In this document: positions 1-9,172 of the stretch, one piece after another | Layout: each line of letters opens with the position of its first letter | Numbering within the stretch: the stretch's first letter is position 1 | NCBI GenBank assembly: GCA_963709585.1 | Contig: CAVPXI010000014.1 | Span: forward strand, 192,001-256,000 | DNA length: 64,000 nucleotides | Origin: Candidatus Dormiibacterota bacterium | GTDB lineage: Bacteria; Chloroflexota; Dormibacteria; Aeolococcales; Aeolococcaceae | Direction: 5' to 3' | The notes under the pieces: model-generated | What the model was told of the DNA's origin: nothing | Database searches by the model: none | Seen by the model: the letters and a program-made list of their open reading frames with translations, nothing else | Program-made: the position numbers and the translations under genes

Positions 1-1506
1 ATCGCTGGACTGATAGTGCGCCTCACCGTACATAGCGTGCTGTAGCGCCTTGACGTAGCCGGACGCGGCATTATTGACCACGATGAGCGTGAAGACGGCT
101 CCGGTTCGCCGAGCGGTCTCAAGCTCACCGATGGACATGTTCATGCCGCCATCGCCCGTCAGCCCCACGACAGGCCGCTCCGGCGCCGCCAGGGCAGCGC
201 CTATCGACCCCGGCAGGCCATAGCCTATGGACGCAAACCCGCGGTCAGACACAAACGAACGCCCTGGGGTACGCACGTCATAGAGAAGGCCGGCCCAGTG
301 CGCAGCAAATCCGCCGTCCGCGACCACTACAGCGTTGTCCGAGTTCACGGCATTCAGCTCTGCCAACAACCGACCCATCGTCACCGGGGTTTCATCGCTA
401 CGACGAATGGCGGTGGTACTTTCCTGCCACTTTTCGCGACTGAGTCGCACCTCTTCGACGTAGTCCGCGCGTTGCGCCCGTCGCTTGCGGTCCATGGCAG
501 CACCCAGATCCTCGAGTGCAGACCGCGCATCGGCACACAACGCGACGTCTACCGCGGTCCAGCGCCCGAGTTCTTCGGCAACAATGTCGACTTGAATGAG
601 GGGAATACCTCGCCGTGGCAGTTCGTAGCGGCGCGTAGCGATCTCACCGAGCTTGCAACCGATCACCAGCAGGCAGTCCGAATTCTCGATCAATTCGTTG
701 GCAATGCGCGAATACCGGCCGAAAAGCCCGGCGCAGAGGTCGGAGGAGTCGGCGATCGCTCCCTTGCCACTGAGCGTATACGCAACCGGGATGCCATGGT
801 CTTCGGCAAAGGTGCACAGTGCGGTAGTTGCCCCTGAAAGATGCACTCCTCCGCCGGCGAGGATGAGCGGACGCCGCGCAACGTCAAGTATCGCGGCGGC
901 CCGGACGACGTCGTCTGCAGAGGCACGCACGGGACGCGACGGAATCCTCGTCGTGGTCGGATCGATCCAGAACTCTTCCGGGCCGAAGGTATGCTCGCCG
1001 TGAGCCACATCCTCAGGCACGTCGAGCACGACCGGGCCGGGTCGACCCGCCGTGGCCACGCTGAACGCGCGTCTCATTAGCTCAGGAATCCGCTCTATTC
1101 GTTCAATCCGAATCAGGTCTTTGGCTGCGGGTCTGAGGATCGCGGTTTGATTTGCTTCCTGGGTCATGTTGCGACCTGAGCTGCCTCGTTCGGTATCGCC
1201 CACCAGAGCAACGAGCGGCGTGCCAGCATTCAGTGCCTCGACCAACCCGGTAACGAGATTAGTAGCGCCCGGACCGAGGGTTGCGTCGCACACTCCCGGG
1301 CGGCTCGTCAGGCGTGCGCCCGCATCCGCGGCGAAGATCCCGCTTCGTTCGTCATTGATTAGGTGATGCGTGAGTCCCTGCTTGCGGACGGCGTCGTAAT
1401 ACGGGAGCAATTGGAAGCCCCCCATGCCGAAGATCAGATTGACGCCGTGGCGCTGCAGCATCTCGGCTAGCGCCTGGCCACCGGTCATCCGCTGTTCAGT
1501 CTGCAT
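1..1506 (-). CDS. Thiamine diphosphate-dependent enzyme (acetolactate synthase-like); 3' end beyond window edge
   Basis: Manual minus-strand translation (absent from ORF track): MQTEQRMTGGQALAEML...INDERSGIFAADA...ATLGPGATN...GRPGPVVLDVPED...GLTGDGGMNMSIGELET...VVNN (GDG-x-NN ThDP motif). Confidence 0.9.
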   Translation of the reverse strand, partial: MQTEQRMTGGQALAEMLQRHGVNLIFGMGGFQLLPYYDAVRKQGLTHHLINDERSGIFAADAGARLTSRPGVCDATLGPGATNLVTGLVEALNAGTPLVALVGDTERGSSGRNMTQEANQTAILRPAAKDLIRIERIERIPELMRRAFSVATAGRPGPVVLDVPEDVAHGEHTFGPEEFWIDPTTTRIPSRPVRASADDVVRAAAILDVARRPLILAGGGVHLSGATTALCTFAEDHGIPVAYTLSGKGAIADSSDLCAGLFGRYSRIANELIENSDCLLVIGCKLGEIATRRYELPRRGIPLIQVDIVAEELGRWTAVDVALCADARSALEDLGAAMDRKRRAQRADYVEEVRLSREKWQESTTAIRRSDETPVTMGRLLAELNAVNSDNAVVVADGGFAAHWAGLLYDVRTPGRSFVSDRGFASIGYGLPGSIGAALAAPERPVVGLTGDGGMNMSIGELETARRTGAVFTLIVVNNAASGYVKALQHAMYGEAHYQSSD

Positions 1507-2335
1507 CACGGGCTCCCAGTACATCTCCCTTAGCCCGTATCGCAGCGTCCGCTACAGCCACGCAGAACTCCGGTACGTGCATTCCTATCGACGCGCCAAC
1601 ATCGATCGCAACATTGTTCATTGCCGAAACTACGCCATCGTTGTATGTGGACATGCCGTCTCCAATGCGAGCCGAGAGATGGTATACCGTCGCGGCCGCG
1701 ATTCCGCGGCCATTTAGAGCTGCAAGGCGGCCAACGCCGGCCGCGTCAATTCCCATCCCGGCGTCGTTGTAAACCGCCGCGAGAGCGTCGACGTGCAACG
1801 CTTCTTTGGCGTGCCCCCCGAGCAGCGCGCCGTGCGAACCGGTCACGAGAATCTGACCAGTGTCCGACTGGCGCACCAGTGAGACTAAGTCGAGCGCCCA
1901 GATCCCAGGCTGACCCTCGCGCGCGAGATGACGAGACTCCCGGATCGGGGGCACATCGCGGTTAAGCGGCTCGGCGCCCTCGAAGAGGCGTGCGGCGACT
2001 GCCGACGGCGCACCGACCGTGCACCCCAAAACTGTCCCGGCGTGATTCACATGTGTGATGACGCCGCGCCTGAGTGTGTCAACCGCATCGCCGATCCGCG
2101 CAGTGTCGTGGCCAACCGTAGCCGCGGCAATGCCAAGGTCGTCGAGCCACGCAAGCCCCGAGTACCCTGCGTCGTCCCGGCCGCCGCCAGCGTCATTGAA
2201 GATAATGGCCGTGGCTCCACGTGATGCTGCCACATACGCTGCATACACTGCTCCGTGAGAGCCGGTGATCACTAGCGTACTCACGTTGTGCCCCAGTCGC
2301 GTGACACTGTCAACGAGGATCAAATGTCGCCCCAC
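1496..2335 (-). CDS. Conserved hypothetical protein with two internal repeats of a GSHG...NDAG...ARIGD domain
   Basis: 279-aa ORF overlapping both neighbours; two alignable halves. Confidence 0.8.
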   Translation of the reverse strand: MGRHLILVDSVTRLGHNVSTLVITGSHGAVYAAYVAASRGATAIIFNDAGGGRDDAGYSGLAWLDDLGIAAATVGHDTARIGDAVDTLRRGVITHVNHAGTVLGCTVGAPSAVAARLFEGAEPLNRDVPPIRESRHLAREGQPGIWALDLVSLVRQSDTGQILVTGSHGALLGGHAKEALHVDALAAVYNDAGMGIDAAGVGRLAALNGRGIAAATVYHLSARIGDGMSTYNDGVVSAMNNVAIDVGASIGMHVPEFCVAVADAAIRAKGDVLGARDAD

Positions 2336-3186
2336 GAAGACGGGCGGCTCCCTCGACGCGATCCATTCGTACCCTCGTCCCGTCTGACCATGTCACGAAA
2401 TGCCGCGATGGGCGGTCGCTTGCCGGACGGACCAATCGACGCCTCCAGTTTCGCTGCTTCCGCGAGGAGCCAACGCACTACCGACTGACGTCGCCGACCC
2501 ACAAGGCGGCTGCTTACAGCGGCGACGCTGATCGCCGCTACCGGCTGTCCGTTGCTCCCGCGGACGGGCACCCCTACGGCGCTCATGTCCGGAATCACGC
2601 GCGCATCATTGAGAGCGTACCCCTCGCGCCAACTCCGCTCGACCAACGAGCGAATGATGGAGGTATTGAGCTTTCCGAATGATCGATACCGCTCCGAATT
2701 GGCCTCAATGCAACGGTCGGCTTCGTCATCACGGAGGAAGGACAGAACGGCGAGACTGCCTGCGCCGACGCCGAGGGGGCGTCGGTCGCCGACGTTCAGC
2801 GTCAGCGTCTTGATGGGAAAGCTCCCCACGACCCTCTCGACGCACACCGCCTCGATGCCGCTGCGCGCCGTCAAGAAGACGGTGTCGCCGGTACGATCTG
2901 CAAGACGGTGCATGCCCTCTATGGCGAGTTCCGAAAGCCCGAAACGATTGGCCGCGGCCGCACCGATGGTCAGCAGTTCAAACCCTGGGTAGAGCGTGGT
3001 GTCGTCCGCGTCCTGCTCCACAAGGCCCGAGCGAATCAGCGTGCTCAGGATGCGGTGAGAGGTCGACTTGCTCAGTCCCGTCATCGTGCTGACTTCACCG
3101 AGTCGCACGCCGAGGCCTCGTCGGCTGCACACCGACCGAAGCACCGAAATCGCTCGATCGATGCTCTGAACGCTCGGCGTTTCCAT
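2320..3186 (-). CDS. IclR-family transcriptional regulator
   Basis: N-terminal VQSIDRA...GLSKSTSHRILSTL HTH; C-terminal G(R/D)RRPLGVGAGSLA, GYALN, AVGVPV effector domain. Confidence 0.95.
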   Translation of the reverse strand: METPSVQSIDRAISVLRSVCSRRGLGVRLGEVSTMTGLSKSTSHRILSTLIRSGLVEQDADDTTLYPGFELLTIGAAAANRFGLSELAIEGMHRLADRTGDTVFLTARSGIEAVCVERVVGSFPIKTLTLNVGDRRPLGVGAGSLAVLSFLRDDEADRCIEANSERYRSFGKLNTSIIRSLVERSWREGYALNDARVIPDMSAVGVPVRGSNGQPVAAISVAAVSSRLVGRRRQSVVRWLLAEAAKLEASIGPSGKRPPIAAFRDMVRRDEGTNGSRRGSRPSSWGDI

Positions 3187-3222
3187 TGAAGCGATCCTCC
3201 CCGGGGGAGCTGCTCTTCAGCC

Positions 3223-3278
3223 TTGACCGGCCGTACTGCTGTCCCGTAGTATGGCACCCCTATCCCATCCAGTGGAAT
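3223..3278 (+). promoter_or_regulatory. Sigma70-type promoter (TTGACC-N18-TAGTAT) with two imperfect 17-bp palindromes, candidate IclR operators
   Basis: TTGACC 3223-3228, TAGTAT 3247-3252; palindromes GTCCCGTAGTATGGCAC (3241-3257) and ATCCCATCCAGTGGAAT (3262-3278) in the divergent iclR/PTE gap. Confidence 0.6.
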
Positions 3279-3288
3279 GAGGGCCGTA

Positions 3289-4299
3289 ATGGTTGTCGTC
3301 CCCACTGTGCTTGGCGGGGTCCCCAGTGATCGACTGGGGGCCACGTACATGCACGAGCACATCTTCACACTCGATCTGGAAATCGAGTTGAACTATCCCG
3401 AGGGCTGGGACGAGACCGAGCGCGTCGCCGGCGCCGTTGCGAAACTACAGCACCTCAAGGAACGTGGCATCGATACGATCGTCGACCTCACCGTCCTCGG
3501 GTTGGGGCGCTACATCCCGCGGATTCAGAGGATCGCCGAACAGGTGGACCTCAACATCGTTGTGTCCACAGGCCTCTACACCTACAACGACCTTCCTCTG
3601 CAGTTCGGATTTCAGGATCCTGAAGGGCCATTCGGCTTCAAGTCCGAGCCTCTTGTGGAGATGTTCGAGCGCGACATCCTGAACGGAATCGCCGATACCG
3701 GAGTGCGTGCCGGAATGTTGAAATTCGCGACTGACGAGCCTGGACTCACCAAAGGCGTGGTGCGCGTCATCCGCGCGGTCGCAGCAACTCACAAACGCAC
3801 GCGGACGCCGATCACAACGCACTCGAATGCTCCTCTTCGTCAGGGGGTTGACCAGCAGCGTCTGCTGCGTGAAGCTGGTGTGGATTTGAGCAGCGTCATA
3901 GTCGGCCACAGTGGCGACACAGACGATCTCGCCTATCTCCGCCAGCTGATGGACGCGGGTTCGTACATCGGGATGGATCGTTTTGGGCTCGACAACATCC
4001 TTGCCTTCGAGCGTCGCTGCCAGGTGGTGGCGCAGCTGGCCGCGGAGGGGTACGCAAACCGAATGGTCCTCTCGCAGGATACCTGCGCGTCTTCGCGGTT
4101 CATGGACCAGGACCGGCTTGCTGCGCTCGTGCCCCACTGGCACTATGAGCACATTATCGACGATGTCCTGCCGGAGTTGCGGCGACTTGGGGTCTCTCAA
4201 GGCCAGATCGATGAGATGCTCGTCGCGAACCCTCGGCAGATATTCGAGTCGACCGCTGTCATGGAACGAACCACCGTCGAACAGGAGGCATCTTCGTGA
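3289..4299 (+). CDS. Phosphotriesterase-like lactonase (PTE/PHP family amidohydrolase)
   Basis: MHEH metal motif, TIVDLT..GLGR, STGLYTY, carboxylated-Lys site (MLKFATD), TTHS, GHSGD, GMDRFG, LSQD. Confidence 0.9.
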   Translation: MVVVPTVLGGVPSDRLGATYMHEHIFTLDLEIELNYPEGWDETERVAGAVAKLQHLKERGIDTIVDLTVLGLGRYIPRIQRIAEQVDLNIVVSTGLYTYNDLPLQFGFQDPEGPFGFKSEPLVEMFERDILNGIADTGVRAGMLKFATDEPGLTKGVVRVIRAVAATHKRTRTPITTHSNAPLRQGVDQQRLLREAGVDLSSVIVGHSGDTDDLAYLRQLMDAGSYIGMDRFGLDNILAFERRCQVVAQLAAEGYANRMVLSQDTCASSRFMDQDRLAALVPHWHYEHIIDDVLPELRRLGVSQGQIDEMLVANPRQIFESTAVMERTTVEQEASS

Positions 4300-6008
4300 A
4301 GGCTTACGAGGCATTCGCCGACGCGCTAATCGCGGAAGGGACCGAAGTCGTGTTCGGCGTTCTCGGTGGAGACAATGACGCATGGGTGCACTACCTCGAC
4401 GGCAAGGGTATTCGGTACATCCCGGCGCGTCATGAGCAAGGTGCAGTCGGGATGGCCGACGGCTACGCACGCGCGACAGGACGTCCCGGCATCGCGACTG
4501 TCACGCTCGGTCCCGGTCTTACCAATGCGATCACGCCGATGACGGCCGCCCGCCTCAGCGGATCACCTCTCATCACCATCATCGGGCAGGCGCGTGACGG
4601 CGACGGTAAGTCAGATCGATTCGGAAACATGATCATCGATCAGGAGGCGCTGCTACGCGGAAGCATCGGAACGGTGATGCGACTGAGCGGCCCTGAGCGG
4701 ATGGGCCCTGAAGTGCAAGCGTGCTTCCGCCATGTCCGGCTCGGACGTGGCCCCGCCGCATTCGTTGCGCGATGGGATCTTCTTGACCGGCGCGACGTGC
4801 CGCCCGATTGGCGCTACAGGATTTCAACGGACGCGCTGCCGCAGCGGCAGGTGGTAATGCCCGACCCCACACGAATCGAGGCAATCGCCTCAATGATATC
4901 GGCGAGCAAAAGACCTGTGATCCTCGCGGGCCGCGGGGCCATTCTCTCTAATGCCCATGACGCGTTAGTGGAACTGGCCGACCGAGTGGGTGCTGTCCTG
5001 ACCACCTCTCTCCAGGGTCGCGGCTGGTTTGACGGTGAAGCTTTCAGCGTCGGCGCGAGCGGCGGCTTTGCGTGGTCGGATACGCGAGCGATCCTCGAGC
5101 GAGCCGATCTGGTGATCGGGTTCGGCGCGAGTTTCAATCACTACACCCTCGATCACGGGCGGCTCTACCAGAACGCAAGGCTCGTTCATATCGATTCCGA
5201 CAGCCAGCACGTTGCCGATATCGCCCCGTTCGTGAACGAATCCGTCGTAGGCGACGCCAACCAGACTGCTCGGGAACTCCTCGCGACGATTTCCGAGCGC
5301 ACGCCGCGTTGGCGAACTGCGGAACTGGCGGCTGAAATCGAAGCTATCGACAAGTGGCGTGGGATCGAATTCGAGGATCGGCCCGACAGCATCGATCCGC
5401 GGCTAGTCTCCAAGGTCTGCGACGAGCTGCTCCCACGCAACAAGATCGTGGCCATTGACATTGGCCACTTCATGGCTTCTGTCGCGATACACATGACCGT
5501 CTCACACCCTTTTGACCTTGTAATTCCGTGGAGGCTCGGCGCCATGGGGTGTGCTCTTCCTCAGGCGATCGGCACCGCCGTAGCTCGCCCAGATCGTCTC
5601 ACCGTGCTCTTCATCGGAGATGGCGGAATCATGACGACGGCAACTGAGCTCGATACGGCCGTGAGAGCCCAGGTGCCCTTGCTCGTGGTTGTCGTCGACG
5701 ATGATGGATATGGTGCCGAACGCTACGGTTGCAAGGTGACGGGCAAGTCGCCGCACCTGATCAACTTCAAGAATCCGGACTACGCAACTGTTGCACGTGG
5801 ATTCGGCATGAACGCCGAGCGTATCTCAGATCCAGAGACCTTGCGACAGACGCTAAAGCGGATCGGCTATGAGGGAATCGACCGCCCGACCCTACTTGAC
5901 GTGAAGGTGCATCAGGACGTGTACACAGAAGAAATCTTCAAGGCCATGACCAGTTTCAGAGGTCGAGACTTAGTGCCGGCGGTCGCCCCAATCGCCGTGC
6001 CTGCGTAG
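4296..6008 (+). CDS. Thiamine diphosphate-dependent enzyme (ALS/benzaldehyde lyase-like family)
   Basis: RHEQGAVGMADGYARATG, TLGPGLTN, FIGDGG...VVVDD motif. Confidence 0.9.
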   Translation: MKAYEAFADALIAEGTEVVFGVLGGDNDAWVHYLDGKGIRYIPARHEQGAVGMADGYARATGRPGIATVTLGPGLTNAITPMTAARLSGSPLITIIGQARDGDGKSDRFGNMIIDQEALLRGSIGTVMRLSGPERMGPEVQACFRHVRLGRGPAAFVARWDLLDRRDVPPDWRYRISTDALPQRQVVMPDPTRIEAIASMISASKRPVILAGRGAILSNAHDALVELADRVGAVLTTSLQGRGWFDGEAFSVGASGGFAWSDTRAILERADLVIGFGASFNHYTLDHGRLYQNARLVHIDSDSQHVADIAPFVNESVVGDANQTARELLATISERTPRWRTAELAAEIEAIDKWRGIEFEDRPDSIDPRLVSKVCDELLPRNKIVAIDIGHFMASVAIHMTVSHPFDLVIPWRLGAMGCALPQAIGTAVARPDRLTVLFIGDGGIMTTATELDTAVRAQVPLLVVVVDDDGYGAERYGCKVTGKSPHLINFKNPDYATVARGFGMNAERISDPETLRQTLKRIGYEGIDRPTLLDVKVHQDVYTEEIFKAMTSFRGRDLVPAVAPIAVPA

Positions 6009-6059
6009 CGGTGCCGTGAAGTGATCTCGCGACCCATGTAAGCTCCTTCCCAATCCACC

Positions 6060-7148
6060 GTGAATGTCTTTATTACCCGCACGGATGAGCCGGGGGATGG
6101 TCCGCGCCTCGCGGTCAAGGACGTCATTGATGTCGCTGGGACGAGAACGTCCCTTGGGATGCGCCCAATTCCAGAGGCGGCCCCGACCGCTCGAATTGAC
6201 GCCATCTGCGTTCGAATGATGCGCGTGGGCGGCTGCCGCGTGGTTGGGAAAGCGAACCTTCACGAACTCGCAGACGGGGGCAGCGGGATCAACCCATGGT
6301 ATGGCACGCCGACCAATCCTCAGGATGCCACTCGCATACCGGGAGGGTCGTCGAGTGGGTCGGCCGTGGCAGTGGCCGTCGGGGAGGCCGAGCTCGCGCT
6401 CGGAACTGATACCGGGGGTTCGATACGGATACCCGCGGCTTGCTGCGGCGTCACCGGCTTGAAAACCACTGCCGGATTCATACCCTTGCAAGGTGTGATG
6501 CCCCTCGCACCCACTCTCGACACGGTCGGCCCACTGGCGCGTACGTGTGCCGGCCTCGTCGAGGCGATGCGGATGTTGGAGCCGGGATTCGTAGTGGCTC
6601 GCTCCGGCCGGCTTCGGCTCGGGCGCCTCCGCACGGATGGCAGCGACGAAGTCGAGGCTGCCGTCGATCGCTGCATAGCTCTTGTGAATGATTGGTCGAT
6701 TTCCGAGTGCACGATCGACGGCTGGGAGGAAGCGAACGAAGCCGCGACGACGATCATGCTCTATGAGGCCGCCCGCACCCAAGGCCATCTGGCGGATTTC
6801 GTAGGAGCCGATGTGGCAGCGCGCTTGCGTCTCGGTTTCGAGATCTCCAACAGGGACTTCGAACATGCCCACGCTGTGCGCGGGAAGTTTCGCACATCGC
6901 TTCGCCTTGCTTTCGACGATGCCGACCTACTCGCGCTTCCAACACTCCCCTATCTTGCCCCTCCGCTCGACGATGTGCCCTCCACGTTGACGAAGTTCAC
7001 TCGACAAGCCAACCTCGGCGGCGTCCCCGCTCTCGCTGTTCCGCTCCCATCTCACCCGGTTCCGGCTTCGCTTCAACTCATTGCGACCTGGGGCTCCGAG
7101 GACCTGTTGCTTGCCGCGGGTCTTGCCATCGAACGCGCTCTCCTTTAG
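6060..7148 (+). CDS. Amidase signature family protein
   Basis: AVKD Lys, PGGSSSGSA, GTDTGGSIRIPAACCG (Ser-cisSer-Lys triad). Confidence 0.93.
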   Translation: MNVFITRTDEPGDGPRLAVKDVIDVAGTRTSLGMRPIPEAAPTARIDAICVRMMRVGGCRVVGKANLHELADGGSGINPWYGTPTNPQDATRIPGGSSSGSAVAVAVGEAELALGTDTGGSIRIPAACCGVTGLKTTAGFIPLQGVMPLAPTLDTVGPLARTCAGLVEAMRMLEPGFVVARSGRLRLGRLRTDGSDEVEAAVDRCIALVNDWSISECTIDGWEEANEAATTIMLYEAARTQGHLADFVGADVAARLRLGFEISNRDFEHAHAVRGKFRTSLRLAFDDADLLALPTLPYLAPPLDDVPSTLTKFTRQANLGGVPALAVPLPSHPVPASLQLIATWGSEDLLLAAGLAIERALL

Positions 7149-7163
7149 AACCCGGCGCGCTTA

Positions 7164-8153
7164 TCAACGATCCACCTCGCTCATATCTTTATAGCGGTTA
7201 CCGGCGACACGATAGGGATTCATCGCGTTTCCCAAGATGGCCAGGTCCCGTGCATTGAGCACAATCGCTGAAGCAGCGCAGTTCTCCTCGAGATGTCCGC
7301 GACTCTTACTCCCAGGAATTGGCACAACGTCAATGCCCTGGGCAAGGACCCAGGCAAGCGCCAGTTGTGCTGGTGTTACATCCAGCTCAGTTGCGAGATG
7401 CAAGACATCCTCCAGCAGGCTGAGGTTTGCGTCGAGGTTCGCACCGACAAATCGCGGTGACAGGCGGCGAAAGTCATCTGCCGCCAGTCCGTCAATCGAC
7501 GTGACCCTTCCTGTCAGGAAGCCACGCCCGAGCGGGCTGTACGGGACCAGTCCGATTCCCAACTCGCGCAGCGCAGGAACAACGGAGATCTCGACGTCGC
7601 GGCTCCACAAGGAGTACTCGCTTTGGACCACCGAGATGGGATGCACCGCGTTGGCCCTCCGGATCGTTGACGCGCCCGCCTCGCAGAGCCCTAGCCAGCG
7701 CACCTTGCCGGAATCGACGAGACCCGCCATGGCCCCAACGGTGTCCTCGATCGGCACCGAGGGATCGACGCGATGCGCGTAGTAGAGATCGATCACATCG
7801 ACACCCAGGCGCCGTAAGGACGCATCACAGGCCTTAGCTACGTGATCGGGGCTCCCGTCGAAACCGAGCCAGGAGCGCGTGCTTGGATCGCGGAGGAACC
7901 CGAACTTCGTGGCGATAATCGCCCCTTCGCGGTGACCACGCAACGCCCGGCCAACCAGAGCCTCGTTTGTCTCTGGGCCATAGACATCGGCGGTGTCAAA
8001 CAGTGTCACCCCGAGTTCGAGGGCTCTATGAATCGTCGCGATCGACTCCGCATCGTCACCGGGCCCGTAGAAGTCGGACATCGAGAGGCACCCCAGACCT
8101 ACACATCCGACCACCATGCCTTGGCTACCAAGTGTTCGTGTTCTCAGGATCAC
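7164..8153 (-). CDS. Aldo/keto reductase
   Basis: [40 protein letters not shown] motifs. Confidence 0.95.
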   Translation of the reverse strand: MILRTRTLGSQGMVVGCVGLGCLSMSDFYGPGDDAESIATIHRALELGVTLFDTADVYGPETNEALVGRALRGHREGAIIATKFGFLRDPSTRSWLGFDGSPDHVAKACDASLRRLGVDVIDLYYAHRVDPSVPIEDTVGAMAGLVDSGKVRWLGLCEAGASTIRRANAVHPISVVQSEYSLWSRDVEISVVPALRELGIGLVPYSPLGRGFLTGRVTSIDGLAADDFRRLSPRFVGANLDANLSLLEDVLHLATELDVTPAQLALAWVLAQGIDVVPIPGSKSRGHLEENCAASAIVLNARDLAILGNAMNPYRVAGNRYKDMSEVDR

Positions 8154-8222
8154 CGCTTCAACCCTTCAGACCAGGTTTGATGCGCGATAATTGCAATCTG
8201 AGCTAGAGGAGGTCGGTGGTAA

Positions 8223-9158
8223 ATGCCAGTCAATCGGTTGCTCATGGCAACGTCTACCACGCCCGATCTCGCAGCTGCGGCAAGCGGATGGACTAAGGCC
8301 GCTCACTACGAGCGTGTGGTCGCCGAGGCAGTGTCGCCCGAGTTGTGTCAACTGTGGGGGATCCAACCGGAAACCTCTATAGCCATGGTCGTCACACGCG
8401 CACCAGGCACCGACAGCGGCTACCTGCGCCTTGTTCGCGCGGAGCCTCGTGGTGTACGTAAGAAGATGCTCGAGACTCTCGGCCCGTTTGGGTTCGAACT
8501 CTTTGCTCGAGACGTTGATGCGGTCCACAAGGAGATGACATCCGACGGAGCATTCGTTCCGCAGACGCCTCCGACTGACTTCGACCTCAGCGGCATTGGC
8601 TCCGGGCTCTGCCGCAGTTTCGCAGCCAAAGGACCGGGTAATGTCTGGGTGCTGATAACCACGATGCTGAGCGTTCCGCCCCCTCGCGCTCTGCCGATCA
8701 CCCACCACTTCGTCGGGCCAGTGGTGACAATGCCGATAGCTGCGCTGAATCGCGCTGTTGCGGTGGAGTTCTACGCCGGCGTCCTCGGCATTCCCATCCG
8801 CTTTGATGGAAGTGTGCGCGACCGAGACGTCAATAGGATCATGGGCGCGGGTGATGACTGGCAGATGCATATCACCGTGTTCTTCATTGAGGATGGCCAG
8901 TTGGTGGAGCATCACTTTCATACGCCGGGAGACTTGATGGAAACGCCAGTAAATCCTGGATCTCTCCTCAATGGCCCCGCCATCTACACGTTCACGGTAA
9001 CCGACATCGACGCCATAGTCGCCGCAGCGCGGGACCGCCAGATTCAGGTGCGTGGCCCTATCGTGCTCGATGCCTTCCCCTACTCCCGGCGCAGGGTAGC
9101 GTGTCTCGATGGTCCCAATCACGAGATTGTGGAGATTGTTGCCGCTGAACTGGGGTAA
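8223..9158 (+). CDS. VOC (glyoxalase-like) two-domain protein
   Basis: beta-alpha-beta-beta-beta repeats, FYAGVLG, TVTDIDA, GPNHEIVEIV. Confidence 0.7.
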   Translation: MPVNRLLMATSTTPDLAAAASGWTKAAHYERVVAEAVSPELCQLWGIQPETSIAMVVTRAPGTDSGYLRLVRAEPRGVRKKMLETLGPFGFELFARDVDAVHKEMTSDGAFVPQTPPTDFDLSGIGSGLCRSFAAKGPGNVWVLITTMLSVPPPRALPITHHFVGPVVTMPIAALNRAVAVEFYAGVLGIPIRFDGSVRDRDVNRIMGAGDDWQMHITVFFIEDGQLVEHHFHTPGDLMETPVNPGSLLNGPAIYTFTVTDIDAIVAAARDRQIQVRGPIVLDAFPYSRRRVACLDGPNHEIVEIVAAELG

Positions 9159-9172
9159 GGACGCCATCGTCT

